DNA of 36,575 bases from Patescibacteria group bacterium (GTDB lineage Bacteria; Patescibacteriota; Patescibacteriia; Patescibacteriales; UBA12075). Shown one piece after another: positions 7,398 through 15,955 of the stretch; position 1 is the stretch's first letter; each line of letters begins with the position of its first letter. The stretch lies in the NCBI GenBank assembly GCA_034659435.1, contig JAYEHJ010000087.1, positions 1-36,575 on the forward strand. Direction: 5' to 3'. A program made the translations under genes and the position numbers. The notes below the pieces were generated by a model that saw nothing but the letters and a program-made list of their open reading frames with translations, had not been told where the DNA came from and did no database searches.

Positions 7398-8858
7398 ATG
7401 TCAAGTATTGAAAAAAAACAAAAATTTTATATCACAACAAGCCTGCCGTATGTGAACGCTAATCCGCATATTGGATTTGCCGCTGAAATTGTTCGCGCGG
7501 ATTGTTTGGCGCGCTGGGCCAGACAGCAAGGGAAAGAGGTATTTTTTAATACTGGAACGGATGAGCATGGCTTAAAAATATATCGCAAAGCCAAAGAGAG
7601 AAAAATGGATCCGCAAAAATATGTTGATGAATGCGCGGCTAAATTTGATGAATTAAAAGAGGCGTTAAATCTTTCTTACAATAGTTTTGTCCGCACCACT
7701 GACGAACATCATAAAAAAGCGGCGCAAGAATTTTGGAAACTCTGCGAGACTAACGGCGATATTTATAAAAAAAATTATCAAGTTAAATATTGCGTTGGCT
7801 GTGAATTGGAAAAGACGGAATCCGAACTTATGAACGGCAAATGTCCGTACCACCCTGATCAAGAATTGGAATTAATTGACGAGGAAAATTATTTTTTCCG
7901 CTGTAGCAGATACGCGGATAAGCTTTTAAAATTTTATAAAGAAAATCCTGATTTTATCGTTCCGGCGCACAGAATGAATGAAATGAAAAATTTTATTAAA
8001 AGCGGATTGCAAGATTTTTCCATTTCTCGCTTAAAATCAAAAATGCCATGGGGCGTGCCGGTTCCCGGCAACAAAAAGCATGTGATGTATGTTTGGTTTG
8101 ACGCTTTAGTAAATTATATTGATTCTTTGGGCTGGCCGGAAAATAAAGAAAAATTTAGTGATTTTTGGGGAGATATTGAAAAAAGCAACGCGCTTCAAGT
8201 CGCGGGCAAGGACAACCTTAGGCAGCAAACAGCTATGTGGCAGGCAATGCTTATGTCTGCCGGATTACCTTTGTCAAAACAAGTATTGATTTTTGGCTTT
8301 GTTACCTCAGACGGGCAGAAAATGAGCAAATCAATCGGCAATGTGGTTAACCCCAAGACTCTGGTAAAAAAATATGGCACTGACGCAGCGCGCTATTATA
8401 TTTTATCGGGACTAATGCCTTTCGAAGATTCTGATTATACAGAGGAAAAATTTAAAATAAAATATCAGGCGGATTTAGCCAATGGTCTTGGCAACTTGGT
8501 GGCGCGCGTTTCCAATCTGCTTGAAAGAAATAAAATAGAATTAAATTTAGGTACCGGAACTGATGAGATTTTAATTGATCAAGCCGCCCTAGAGTTGAAA
8601 AAATATCGTTTTGACGAAGCCTTAAATATTTTGTGGCGCAAATTAAGAGAAATGGATGAGTATATTACTTTAAAAGCGCCATGGAAAATGGAAGATAAAA
8701 ATAAAATTAAAAAAGTATTAAAAATCGTCGTGCAAAATATTTTAAATGTGGCTGATTTGTTAAAACCTTTTATACCAAAAACAGCGGAAAAAATCATAAA
8801 ACAATTCAGCGCAAAGCAAATCAAAAAAGGCGAGCCATTATTCCCGAGGTTAACTTAA
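7398..8858 (+). CDS. metG: methionine--tRNA ligase (short form, no C-terminal tRNA-binding domain)
   Basis: Class I HIGH-type motif PYVNANPHIGF, KMSKS motif, zinc-knuckle CVGC...CPYH. The ORF is open from a TTG at 7374 overlapping the rsmI stop; the ATG at 7398 is preferred. Confidence 0.9.
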   Translation: MSSIEKKQKFYITTSLPYVNANPHIGFAAEIVRADCLARWARQQGKEVFFNTGTDEHGLKIYRKAKERKMDPQKYVDECAAKFDELKEALNLSYNSFVRTTDEHHKKAAQEFWKLCETNGDIYKKNYQVKYCVGCELEKTESELMNGKCPYHPDQELELIDEENYFFRCSRYADKLLKFYKENPDFIVPAHRMNEMKNFIKSGLQDFSISRLKSKMPWGVPVPGNKKHVMYVWFDALVNYIDSLGWPENKEKFSDFWGDIEKSNALQVAGKDNLRQQTAMWQAMLMSAGLPLSKQVLIFGFVTSDGQKMSKSIGNVVNPKTLVKKYGTDAARYYILSGLMPFEDSDYTEEKFKIKYQADLANGLGNLVARVSNLLERNKIELNLGTGTDEILIDQAALELKKYRFDEALNILWRKLREMDEYITLKAPWKMEDKNKIKKVLKIVVQNILNVADLLKPFIPKTAEKIIKQFSAKQIKKGEPLFPRLT

Positions 8859-8920
8859 ATTTTACTTTATAACTCATCTTAGGCATTTACGCAACACGCC
8901 AATTAATTTAACCTTATTTT

Positions 8921-9170
8921 CTGTCATTCCCGACACACCTTAGCCCCCGCAGGGAATTATTATTAAATGATCGGGAATCTCTTTAAAAGAAAAAGATTTA
9001 AAATAATATTCAAAGATAAAAAAAGAATACATCTATTAAACAATTAAGATAAATACAATTTAAATTTTTATAAACGGATATTTCATAATTAATATTTAGA
9101 TGCTTTTTACGAGATCTCCGATCATTTAATATAACTTCCCTGCGGGGCAAGGAGTGTCGGAGATGACAGA
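8921..9170. repeat. family-A inverted doublet of about 60-nt GC-rich hairpin units (REPIN/MITE-like)
   Basis: The left unit tgtcattcccgacacacc...aaatgatcgggaatctc and the right unit gagatctccgatcattt...gtgtcggagatgaca are inverted copies (roughly 85-90 percent identical by eye) around an AT-rich centre of about 130 nt. Confidence 0.8.
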
Positions 9171-9214
9171 TGCGGTGCGTAAGGTTAGTTTATAATTCTT
9201 AACTAAAAAAACAA

Positions 9215-9730
9215 ATGCCACTAATTGACGTAATTTTAGTTGTAATATTGGCCGGATTTATTTTTTATGGATTGTTTTTCGGACTCATACGCACGCTTGG
9301 CGCTTTTATAGGTCTGATAGCGGCGGCATTTTTAGCAAGCCGCTTGTATCTGCCGGTGTCTTATTGGCTTGAAAATTTTTTCTTTGGCTATAATAATCTT
9401 GGAAAAATTTTGGTTTTTGTGATTTTATTTTCTTTAATAAACCGCCTTGTGGGTTTTTTATTTTATCTGCTTCACAAAACTTTTAATTTAATATCAATTA
9501 TCCCGTTTTTAAAAACCTTTAATCGCCTTGGTGGACTGATTTTAGGGTTTTTAACAGGCTCGCTTTCAATCGGCTTGTTTCTTTATGTAATATCCCGCTA
9601 CGCTTTTGCGGAAACTTTATTTGGTGACTGGCTGTCCCAATCCGAACTGGCGCCATTTTTTTTAAAATTCGCCAGTGCGCTTTTACCTCTGTTGCCTGAT
9701 GTTTTGAAAAAATTGAAAAGTTTGTTTTAG
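9215..9730 (+). CDS. cvpA: CvpA-family membrane protein
   Basis: 171 aa with 4 TM helices. N-terminus IDVILVVILAGFIFYGLFFGLIR is typical of the colicin V production protein family. Confidence 0.7.
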   Translation: MPLIDVILVVILAGFIFYGLFFGLIRTLGAFIGLIAAAFLASRLYLPVSYWLENFFFGYNNLGKILVFVILFSLINRLVGFLFYLLHKTFNLISIIPFLKTFNRLGGLILGFLTGSLSIGLFLYVISRYAFAETLFGDWLSQSELAPFFLKFASALLPLLPDVLKKLKSLF

Positions 9731-9812
9731 ATTATAAAAATAAAAAAAAATGTACGTACAATATGTACGTATATTCAATTAGGACAATAAATTATAATGA
9801 AGCGCGTAATTT

Positions 9813-10448
9813 ATGAAAACAATAAAAATCAATAAAAATAATTTTACAAAATCGGATATTGATTTTGTAGCGGACGAATTAAGGCAAGGAAAAGTAATCG
9901 TTTTGTTGACTGATACTATTTACGGCTTGCATTGCGTCGCAACAAATAAAAAATCTGTTGAAAAAATTTATAGAATCAAAAAAAGAAATAAGAAATATCC
10001 ATTGCTGATTTTGATAAAAAGCTATTGCATGTTGCATGATTATGCTTTTGTTTCCAAGAAACAAGACAAACATATTCGCTCTATTTGGCCACCGACTACT
10101 CGTTTGGCACAAGATAAAAATTATCCGTACAAGAAAAAGCCGACCACTTTTATTTTAAAAGCAAAAGAGAAATTACCAAAAGAAATTTGCGGAAAAGATA
10201 ATTCTTTGGCAATCCGCTTGCCAAAAAACGATTTTTTGATTAAAATAATAACAAGGCTTAATATTCCGCTGGTTTCTACCAGTTTTAATCTTAGCGGGCG
10301 GGAATATAATGAGAATTTTTTAGTAAATTTCAAAAAATCGCAAACAAATCCGGATATGGTAGTTGATTTTGGGAAATCAAAATACAGTAAAGGATCGCGA
10401 ATTATTGATATTAGGGATATTAACAATATAAAAAATATTAAAAATTAA
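9813..10448 (+). CDS. tsaC: L-threonylcarbamoyladenylate synthase (YrdC/TsaC domain)
   Basis: Motifs GKVIVLLTDTIYGLHC and IYRIKKRNKKYPLLILI match the YrdC-fold t6A pathway enzyme. Confidence 0.8.
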   Translation: MKTIKINKNNFTKSDIDFVADELRQGKVIVLLTDTIYGLHCVATNKKSVEKIYRIKKRNKKYPLLILIKSYCMLHDYAFVSKKQDKHIRSIWPPTTRLAQDKNYPYKKKPTTFILKAKEKLPKEICGKDNSLAIRLPKNDFLIKIITRLNIPLVSTSFNLSGREYNENFLVNFKKSQTNPDMVVDFGKSKYSKGSRIIDIRDINNIKNIKN

Positions 10449-10506
10449 AAAATAATCTGAATTTTTTAACAAAAAATAATTTGTTTGTTTAGATTATCAC
10501 AATCTT

Positions 10507-10620
10507 ATGGGATGGTTATCAAAATTATTTGGACAAAAAGACGAAGAAGCAAAAGAACAAACGCAAGATCAGTCTTCCGAGGTTAAAGAAGGCTCAGAGC
10601 AAGAAGAAAAGACAGAATAA
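10507..10620 (+). CDS. possible small acidic peptide (37 aa) with amphipathic N-terminus
   Basis: ATG ORF MGWLSKLFGQKDEEAKEQTQDQSSEVKEGSEQEEKTE in an otherwise empty 237-nt gap. No RBS and no homology recognised. Confidence 0.2.
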   Translation: MGWLSKLFGQKDEEAKEQTQDQSSEVKEGSEQEEKTE

Positions 10621-10685
10621 CAAGCAATGTAATTTTTGCTTGGTAGTTTTTTAAAAGTTTAAATTAGGCTTAATTTTAAATATCT

Positions 10686-11525
10686 ATGTTAATAGACACG
10701 CACGCGCATGTTAATTTTAGTTTTTTCAAAAAAGACGTTAATGAAGTCATACAGCGGACTTTAAATGAAAAAATTTGGATGATTAATGTCGGAGCGGAGC
10801 ATAAAACATCAAAAAGAGCTGTTGCGCTGGCAAACAAATATGAAAAGGGGGTTTACGCGGCTGTCGGCTTGCATCCGATTCATCTCTTTGAAACGCGAGC
10901 AAGTGGCGCAGATTACGATTTTAGCACTCGCGCGGAAGTGTTTAATTATGATATTTATGAAAAATTAGCCAAATTTGAAAAAGTCGCGGCTATCGGTGAA
11001 ATTGGCTTAGATTATTATCATATTGATAAAAATTCCGATGTTGATTTAATTAAAAAAACTCAAAAAAAAACATTTTATGAACAATTGCTTTTGGCAAGAA
11101 AATTGGGTTTGCCAACAATAATTCATTGCAGGCAAGCGCATGATGATATGCTTGTCTGTCTTAAAGATTTTCGCAAAAAGCATATCAATTTGATCCCTAA
11201 AAATAAACCTTGGGCTGTTATGCATTGTTTTTCTGGAGATGAAGATTTAGCTTGGAAATATTTTAATATGGGCTTGATTATATCATTTACAGGTCTAATT
11301 ACTTTTTCCGCGCAATGGGATAGTTTAATCAGAAAAATGCCTTTGGAGAAAATTATGATTGAAACAGATTGCCCTTTTATGACACCAGAACCGCATCGCG
11401 GCAAACGAAACGAACCTATGTTTGTAAAATACGTTGCGCGAAGAATCGCTGAAATTAAAAATTTAAGTATAAATAAAGTTGCTGATATTACAACAAAAAA
11501 TGCTAGGGGATTTTTTAATATATAA
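10686..11525 (+). CDS. tatD: TatD-family metal-dependent hydrolase/DNase
   Basis: N-terminal IDTHAHVNF metal-binding motif, EIGLDYY, HCF and ETDCPF motifs. Confidence 0.9.
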   Translation: MLIDTHAHVNFSFFKKDVNEVIQRTLNEKIWMINVGAEHKTSKRAVALANKYEKGVYAAVGLHPIHLFETRASGADYDFSTRAEVFNYDIYEKLAKFEKVAAIGEIGLDYYHIDKNSDVDLIKKTQKKTFYEQLLLARKLGLPTIIHCRQAHDDMLVCLKDFRKKHINLIPKNKPWAVMHCFSGDEDLAWKYFNMGLIISFTGLITFSAQWDSLIRKMPLEKIMIETDCPFMTPEPHRGKRNEPMFVKYVARRIAEIKNLSINKVADITTKNARGFFNI

Positions 11526-11642
11526 TGGGACTGTTCCGTAGTAACAGCATCAGATTTGCTGACCGTTTGACTTTTTAAGAAATTTGTAAAATAATAGAAA
11601 TGTGGCAAATAGCATAGGCTCATTTTGACTTATATTTACAGC

Positions 11643-11670
11643 AAGGACTTTGAGTGTCCTTATTTATTTT
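11643..11670 (+). terminator. hairpin plus T-rich tail between tatD and atpZ
   Basis: aaggac / gtcctt stem followed by tatttatttt. Confidence 0.4.
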
Positions 11671-11676
11671 ACTTGA

Positions 11677-11949
11677 ATGAGTAAAAATAATAAAATTTCT
11701 GAAAATAATTCAAAACAGGCATGGTGGCAACCCGCGTTGATTTTATTCGCTAAATTTTCCGGATGGATAGTTATTCCAGTAATAGTAGGAGCATTCATTG
11801 GAAAATGGCTTGACAATAGATATGACACTGATCCTTGGTTATTTTTAGTATCAGTCGGTTTTGCTTTCTTAATTTCAATGTTTGGATTAATTAAAAATGT
11901 CACAGAAGAATACAAAAAAATTGATAAAAATATTAAAAGAAAAAAATAA
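11677..11949 (+). CDS. atpZ: AtpZ/AtpI-family ATP synthase accessory membrane protein
   Basis: 90 aa with two TM helices, immediately upstream of atpB at the head of the atp operon. Confidence 0.7.
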   Translation: MSKNNKISENNSKQAWWQPALILFAKFSGWIVIPVIVGAFIGKWLDNRYDTDPWLFLVSVGFAFLISMFGLIKNVTEEYKKIDKNIKRKK

Positions 11950-11998
11950 CAGGAATAAAATTGTCCTTAATTCTTGATTCCTAATTCTGAAATTAAAT

Positions 11999-12847
11999 AT
12001 GTCCCACCAAAATGAAAATGACAATTTAACTGAAATTCACGCGGAGGTAATTCACGAACATACTCTTTTTGCTGAACCGATTTTTAATCTTGGCGGTTTT
12101 CATGTTACTAATTCTTTATTAAATTCATGGCTGGTGGTCTTGATAGTGTTGACAATAAGCCTGTCTTTGAAATCCCGCGTTAAAACAATACCAAAAGGAA
12201 TTCAAAATGTTTTTGAAATGATAATAGAAAAATTTCTGGAAATTTTTGACTCCATTACAGGAGAGCGCAAGCGGTCGCTGAAATTTTTTCCGCTTGTTTT
12301 TTCTTTTTTTACATTTATATTATTGTCAAATTGGATGGGGCTTCTTCCCGGCGTTGGATCCATGGGGCAGATTATATCGGAGCATGGGAATAAAATTTTT
12401 GTGCCGTATTTCCGCGGAGGCACAGCAGACCTGAATACCACATTGGCTTTGGCGATAATCGGCGTTGTTGCGAGCCACGTATTCGGCGTTGTGGCTGTGG
12501 GTTTATGGAATTATTTTAATAAATTTATAAATATAAAAGCCTTTTTGGAAATACCAAAGAAAATAATGAAAGACCCAGCGATTATTATAGTTAATCCAAT
12601 TAAAGCGTTTGTCTGTCTGATTGAAATAGTAGGCGAGGCAGCTAAGGTAGCCAGCCTTTCTTTTCGTTTGTTCGGCAATATCTTCGCCGGCGAAGTTTTA
12701 CTGGCGTCAATGTCTGCCATCTTAGCGTTTGGTCTGCCAATACCGTTTATGTTTTTGGAAATAATCGTGGGCTTGATTCAAGCCTTAATATTTGCTATGT
12801 TAATATTGGCATACTTAACAATAAATACTAGTTTAGAAGAACACTAA
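11999..12847 (+). CDS. atpB: F0F1 ATP synthase subunit a
   Basis: Conserved SLSFRLFGNIFAGE (essential Arg) and operon position. Confidence 0.9.
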   Translation: MSHQNENDNLTEIHAEVIHEHTLFAEPIFNLGGFHVTNSLLNSWLVVLIVLTISLSLKSRVKTIPKGIQNVFEMIIEKFLEIFDSITGERKRSLKFFPLVFSFFTFILLSNWMGLLPGVGSMGQIISEHGNKIFVPYFRGGTADLNTTLALAIIGVVASHVFGVVAVGLWNYFNKFINIKAFLEIPKKIMKDPAIIIVNPIKAFVCLIEIVGEAAKVASLSFRLFGNIFAGEVLLASMSAILAFGLPIPFMFLEIIVGLIQALIFAMLILAYLTINTSLEEH

Positions 12848-12893
12848 TAATAGTTAAAAGTTTATAAAGTTCATAAAGTTTAAAGTTATGTAA

Positions 12894-13160
<267 letters not shown>

Positions 13161-13224
13161 AATTATTCTATGCGCGGGCGATTATTAGCTTAATCTCCTG
13201 CAGATAAAATAATTTTTGAATAAT

Positions 13225-13290
13225 GAATTGAGAATAAAGAATTAAGAAGCTGTTACGAAATCTTGATTCTTTATTCTTAATTCTTGATTC
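13225..13290 (+). repeat. related imperfect hairpin of about 24 bp at the atpE-atpF junction
   Basis: gaattgagaataaagaattaagaa / ttctttattcttaattcttgattc use the same aagaat/attctt heptamer vocabulary as 14204-14255. Confidence 0.6.
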
Positions 13291-13296
13291 TTTTTT

Positions 13297-13788
13297 ATGG
13301 AAAATTTAATTGAAACATTTCATATTGATATAAAATTGCTAATAGCGCAAGTGATTAATTTTGCTATTGTTTTTAGTGTTTTGTATTTTTTCGCGCTGAA
13401 GCCGTTGCTTAAAGTTATGTGTGATAGAACCAAAAAAATTGAAAAAAGCATTGATGACGCGCAAAAAATAGAAGAAAAATTAAGCAAGACAGACGAAGAA
13501 TACAATAAGGCAATCAGCAATGCGAAAAAAAAAGCAAATATTATTATGGAAAAGGCAAATGTTATGGCAGAAAAAAAAAGGCAGGATTTAATAAAAAAAG
13601 CAAAAGACGAAATAGGACAGATTATTAATAAAGAAAAAGAGCAAATGCAGATTGAAAAAGCTAGAACGTTAAAAGAAATAAAAAAAGAAACAGCAGATTT
13701 AGTTGTTGCTTCTTTGGAAAAGATTTTGGAAAAAAAAATGGATAGCAAGAAAGACGGAGAATTAATTAAGAAGATGGTTAAAAAATAG
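13297..13788 (+). CDS. atpF: F0F1 ATP synthase subunit b
   Basis: One N-terminal TM helix followed by a long charged helix. Operon position. Confidence 0.85.
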   Translation: MENLIETFHIDIKLLIAQVINFAIVFSVLYFFALKPLLKVMCDRTKKIEKSIDDAQKIEEKLSKTDEEYNKAISNAKKKANIIMEKANVMAEKKRQDLIKKAKDEIGQIINKEKEQMQIEKARTLKEIKKETADLVVASLEKILEKKMDSKKDGELIKKMVKK

Positions 13789-13801
13789 GCGCTACATTTA
13801 T

Positions 13802-14203
13802 ATGAAGATTACCGCAAAACAATACGCTGAAAGTTTATACGAAGCCGTTCAAAATAGGAATGACAGCCAGATTAAAGTTGTAATAAATAATTTTTTTAGT
13901 ATTTTAGTTCAAAATAATGATATTGCGAAAGCCGAAGATGTTGTTGTTGAATTTGAAAAAATATGGAATATAGAGCAGGGAATTATTAAAGCTGAAGCTA
14001 TGAGTGCGCGCGAGCTTGATAAAAACACTGTTAAATTATTAAATAGTCATATTGTTGAATTGTCTAGCGCTAAAAAAGTTATTTTAGATCAAAAAATAAA
14101 TAAAAATATTTTAGGAGGAACGGTCATTAAATATGAAGATAAAATTTTAGATGGGAGTTTGAGGATGAGGTTAAGTGAGTTAAAAAGCGAGATGGTAAAA
14201 TAA
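13802..14203 (+). CDS. atpH: F0F1 ATP synthase subunit delta (short, 133 aa)
   Basis: OSCP-like ends (YAESLYEA at the N-terminus, GGTVIKYEDKILDGSLRMRL at the C-terminus). Operon position. About 45 aa shorter than typical delta. Confidence 0.8.
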   Translation: MKITAKQYAESLYEAVQNRNDSQIKVVINNFFSILVQNNDIAKAEDVVVEFEKIWNIEQGIIKAEAMSARELDKNTVKLLNSHIVELSSAKKVILDQKINKNILGGTVIKYEDKILDGSLRMRLSELKSEMVK

Positions 14204-14255
14204 GAATTAAGAATAAAGAATTAAGAATAAAATCTTAATTCTTTATTCTTAATTC
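14204..14255 (+). repeat. perfect 23-bp AT-rich hairpin at the atpH-atpA junction
   Basis: gaattaagaataaagaattaaga (14204-26) / tcttaattctttattcttaattc (14233-55), with loop ataaaa. Confidence 0.8.
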
Positions 14256-14271
14256 GTAATTCAATATTATT

Positions 14272-15852
14272 ATGTCAAATACTAAAGATTTTATTGTGGA
14301 ACAATTAAAACAGCAGATTGCCGGTTTTAAGCATGAAGTTAAAGAGCAAACAGTCGGCAAGGTTATTAAAATAGGAGACGGAATTGCTCAAATTTCCGGG
14401 CTTTCCGACGTTATGATGTCAGAAATGCTTAAATTTTCAAGCAATAAAGAATCTGAAATCCGCCAGCCCGAGGCTGGTCCGCCTCGGGCGGAAAATCCGA
14501 AATCCGAAATCCGACACGGTGTCGCCTTGAATCTGGAAGAGGATAGCGTTGGCGCTATTATTTTGGGCGACTGTTCAAGCATTAAAGAGGGTGATGAAGT
14601 TAAATCGTTAAAAAGGATCTTGGAAGTCCCAGTTGGCAATAGCATGATTGGCAGAGTTGTTAATCCATTAGGCAAGGCCTTGGACGGAAAAGGCGAGATA
14701 ATCGCTGATAAATTTTATCCGATAGAAAAAATAGCTCCGGGCGTAATCGCCCGCGAATCAGTAAGCGAGCCGGTGCAGACAGGCATAAAAGCCATTGACG
14801 CTATGATTCCGATTGGAAGGGGGCAAAGAGAGTTAATTATCGGCGATAGGCAAATTGGCAAAACCGCTATTGCTATTGACGCGATTATTAATCAAAAAGG
14901 ACAGAATATGAAATGTATTTACGTGGCAATCGGACAGAAAGAATCAAAAATAGCAAATATTGCCGCTAAACTGGAAGAACATGGAGCAATGGAATATACG
15001 ACAATTGTTTTGGCAGGAGCTTCTGACCCGGCATCACTTGCGTATATAGCTCCTTATGCCGGATGCGCTATGGCTGAATATTTTTTAGACAAAGGCGAGG
15101 ATGTTTTGATCGTTTATGACGATTTAAGCAAACATGCCGTTGCCTATCGTGAAATTTCATTATTATTAAAAAGACCGCCGAGTCGTGAAGCTTATCCCGG
15201 AGATGTTTTTTATCTTCATTCAAGGCTATTGGAAAGATCTTGCAATTTAAATAAAGAACATGGCAGCGGATCAATAACGGCTTTGCCGATTATTGAAACT
15301 CAGGCAGGGGATGTGTCCGCGTATATTCCGACAAATGTTATTTCAATTACCGACGGACAAATTTATTTGGAGCCTGATTTGTTTTATCAAGGCAACAGAC
15401 CCGCTGTGAACGCGGGCTTATCGGTCTCACGCGTTGGTTCAGCCGCGCAGATTAAAGCCATGAAAAAAGTTGCCGGCAAGATGAGGCTGGATGCGGCACA
15501 ATATCGTGAGCTTGCGGCATTCGCGCAATTCGGATCAGATTTGGACGAGGAAACAAAAAACAAACTTGAGAGAGGCAAAAGGCTTGTGGAAATATTCAAA
15601 CAAGATCAATATAAAACAGTTTCAGCCGCAAATCAGGTGCTAATATTTTTCGCGATAACTTCCGGATTATTAGATAATATTTCAGTTAAAAAAATTAATA
15701 ATTTTGAAGAAGGATTAAATAAATATGCTAAAAATAACGGGCAAGATATTTTGCAAGAAATTGCGGATAGAGGGGAGTTGAGTGAAAAATTGGAAGAGAT
15801 GATGAAAAAATTGGTTGAAGATTATAAGAGCACAATTGATTTGGAAAAATAA
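14272..15852 (+). CDS. atpA: F0F1 ATP synthase subunit alpha, carrying an in-frame insertion of about 22 aa
   Basis: Walker [18 protein letters not shown] and other alpha signatures. The extra segment [22 protein letters not shown] lies in the N-terminal beta-barrel. Confidence 0.95.
   Translation: MSNTKDFIVEQLKQQIAGFKHEVKEQTVGKVIKIGDGIAQISGLSDVMMSEMLKFSSNKESEIRQPEAGPPRAENPKSEIRHGVALNLEEDSVGAIILGDCSSIKEGDEVKSLKRILEVPVGNSMIGRVVNPLGKALDGKGEIIADKFYPIEKIAPGVIARESVSEPVQTGIKAIDAMIPIGRGQRELIIGDRQIGKTAIAIDAIINQKGQNMKCIYVAIGQKESKIANIAAKLEEHGAMEYTTIVLAGASDPASLAYIAPYAGCAMAEYFLDKGEDVLIVYDDLSKHAVAYREISLLLKRPPSREAYPGDVFYLHSRLLERSCNLNKEHGSGSITALPIIETQAGDVSAYIPTNVISITDGQIYLEPDLFYQGNRPAVNAGLSVSRVGSAAQIKAMKKVAGKMRLDAAQYRELAAFAQFGSDLDEETKNKLERGKRLVEIFKQDQYKTVSAANQVLIFFAITSGLLDNISVKKINNFEEGLNKYAKNNGQDILQEIADRGELSEKLEEMMKKLVEDYKSTIDLEK
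14449..14514 (+). repeat. in-frame GC-rich palindromic element within atpA
   Basis: 9-bp stem gcccgaggc (14466-74) / gcctcgggc (14481-89). Flanking near-identical tctgaaatccgcc / tccgaaatccgac. Three tandem aaatccg heptamers at 14493-14513. Confidence 0.7.
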
Positions 15853-15854
15853 GC

Positions 15855-15947
15855 TTCCACCGGCCTTTAGGCCATGGTTCGTGAGACTTTAGTCTCATAG
15901 CTAGGAATGCTAAAGCATTCCGAACCCTCGGCTAAAGCCATGTGGAA
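15855..15947 (+). other. two-fold symmetric four-hairpin GC-rich element (candidate structured RNA) between atpA and atpG
   Basis: Outer stem ttccac/gtggaa and inner stem ggttcg/cgaacc. Four hairpins with CTTTAG or CTAAAG apices: ggcc-ttta-ggcc, gagac-ttta-gtctc, ggaatgc-taaa-gcattcc, ggc-taaa-gcc. Palindromic centre tagcta. Confidence 0.6.
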
Positions 15948-15955
15948 ATTTACTT

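Noticed and set aside
13320-13748. Antisense or out-of-frame shadow ORFs inside confidently identified genes. Examples: 585-923, 939-1229, 1643-1909, 2027-2266, 5069-5401, 5879-6301, 6814-7017, 11123-11623, 11664-11915, 13320-13748, 14388-14675, 19097-19456, 24599-24820, 29676-29975, 31332-31634, 32328-32612, 33763-34212.
   Set aside because: Each lies within or opposite a gene with clear family motifs. Low-complexity AT-rich sequence gives long spurious frames, and none shows a recognisable motif.
15855-15947. tRNA-like or tmRNA-like cloverleaf in the atpA-atpG spacer.
   Set aside because: All hairpin loops are 4 nt. There is no 7-nt anticodon loop, no T-loop or D-loop consensus and no CCA-compatible acceptor. 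The two-fold symmetry is unlike a tRNA.
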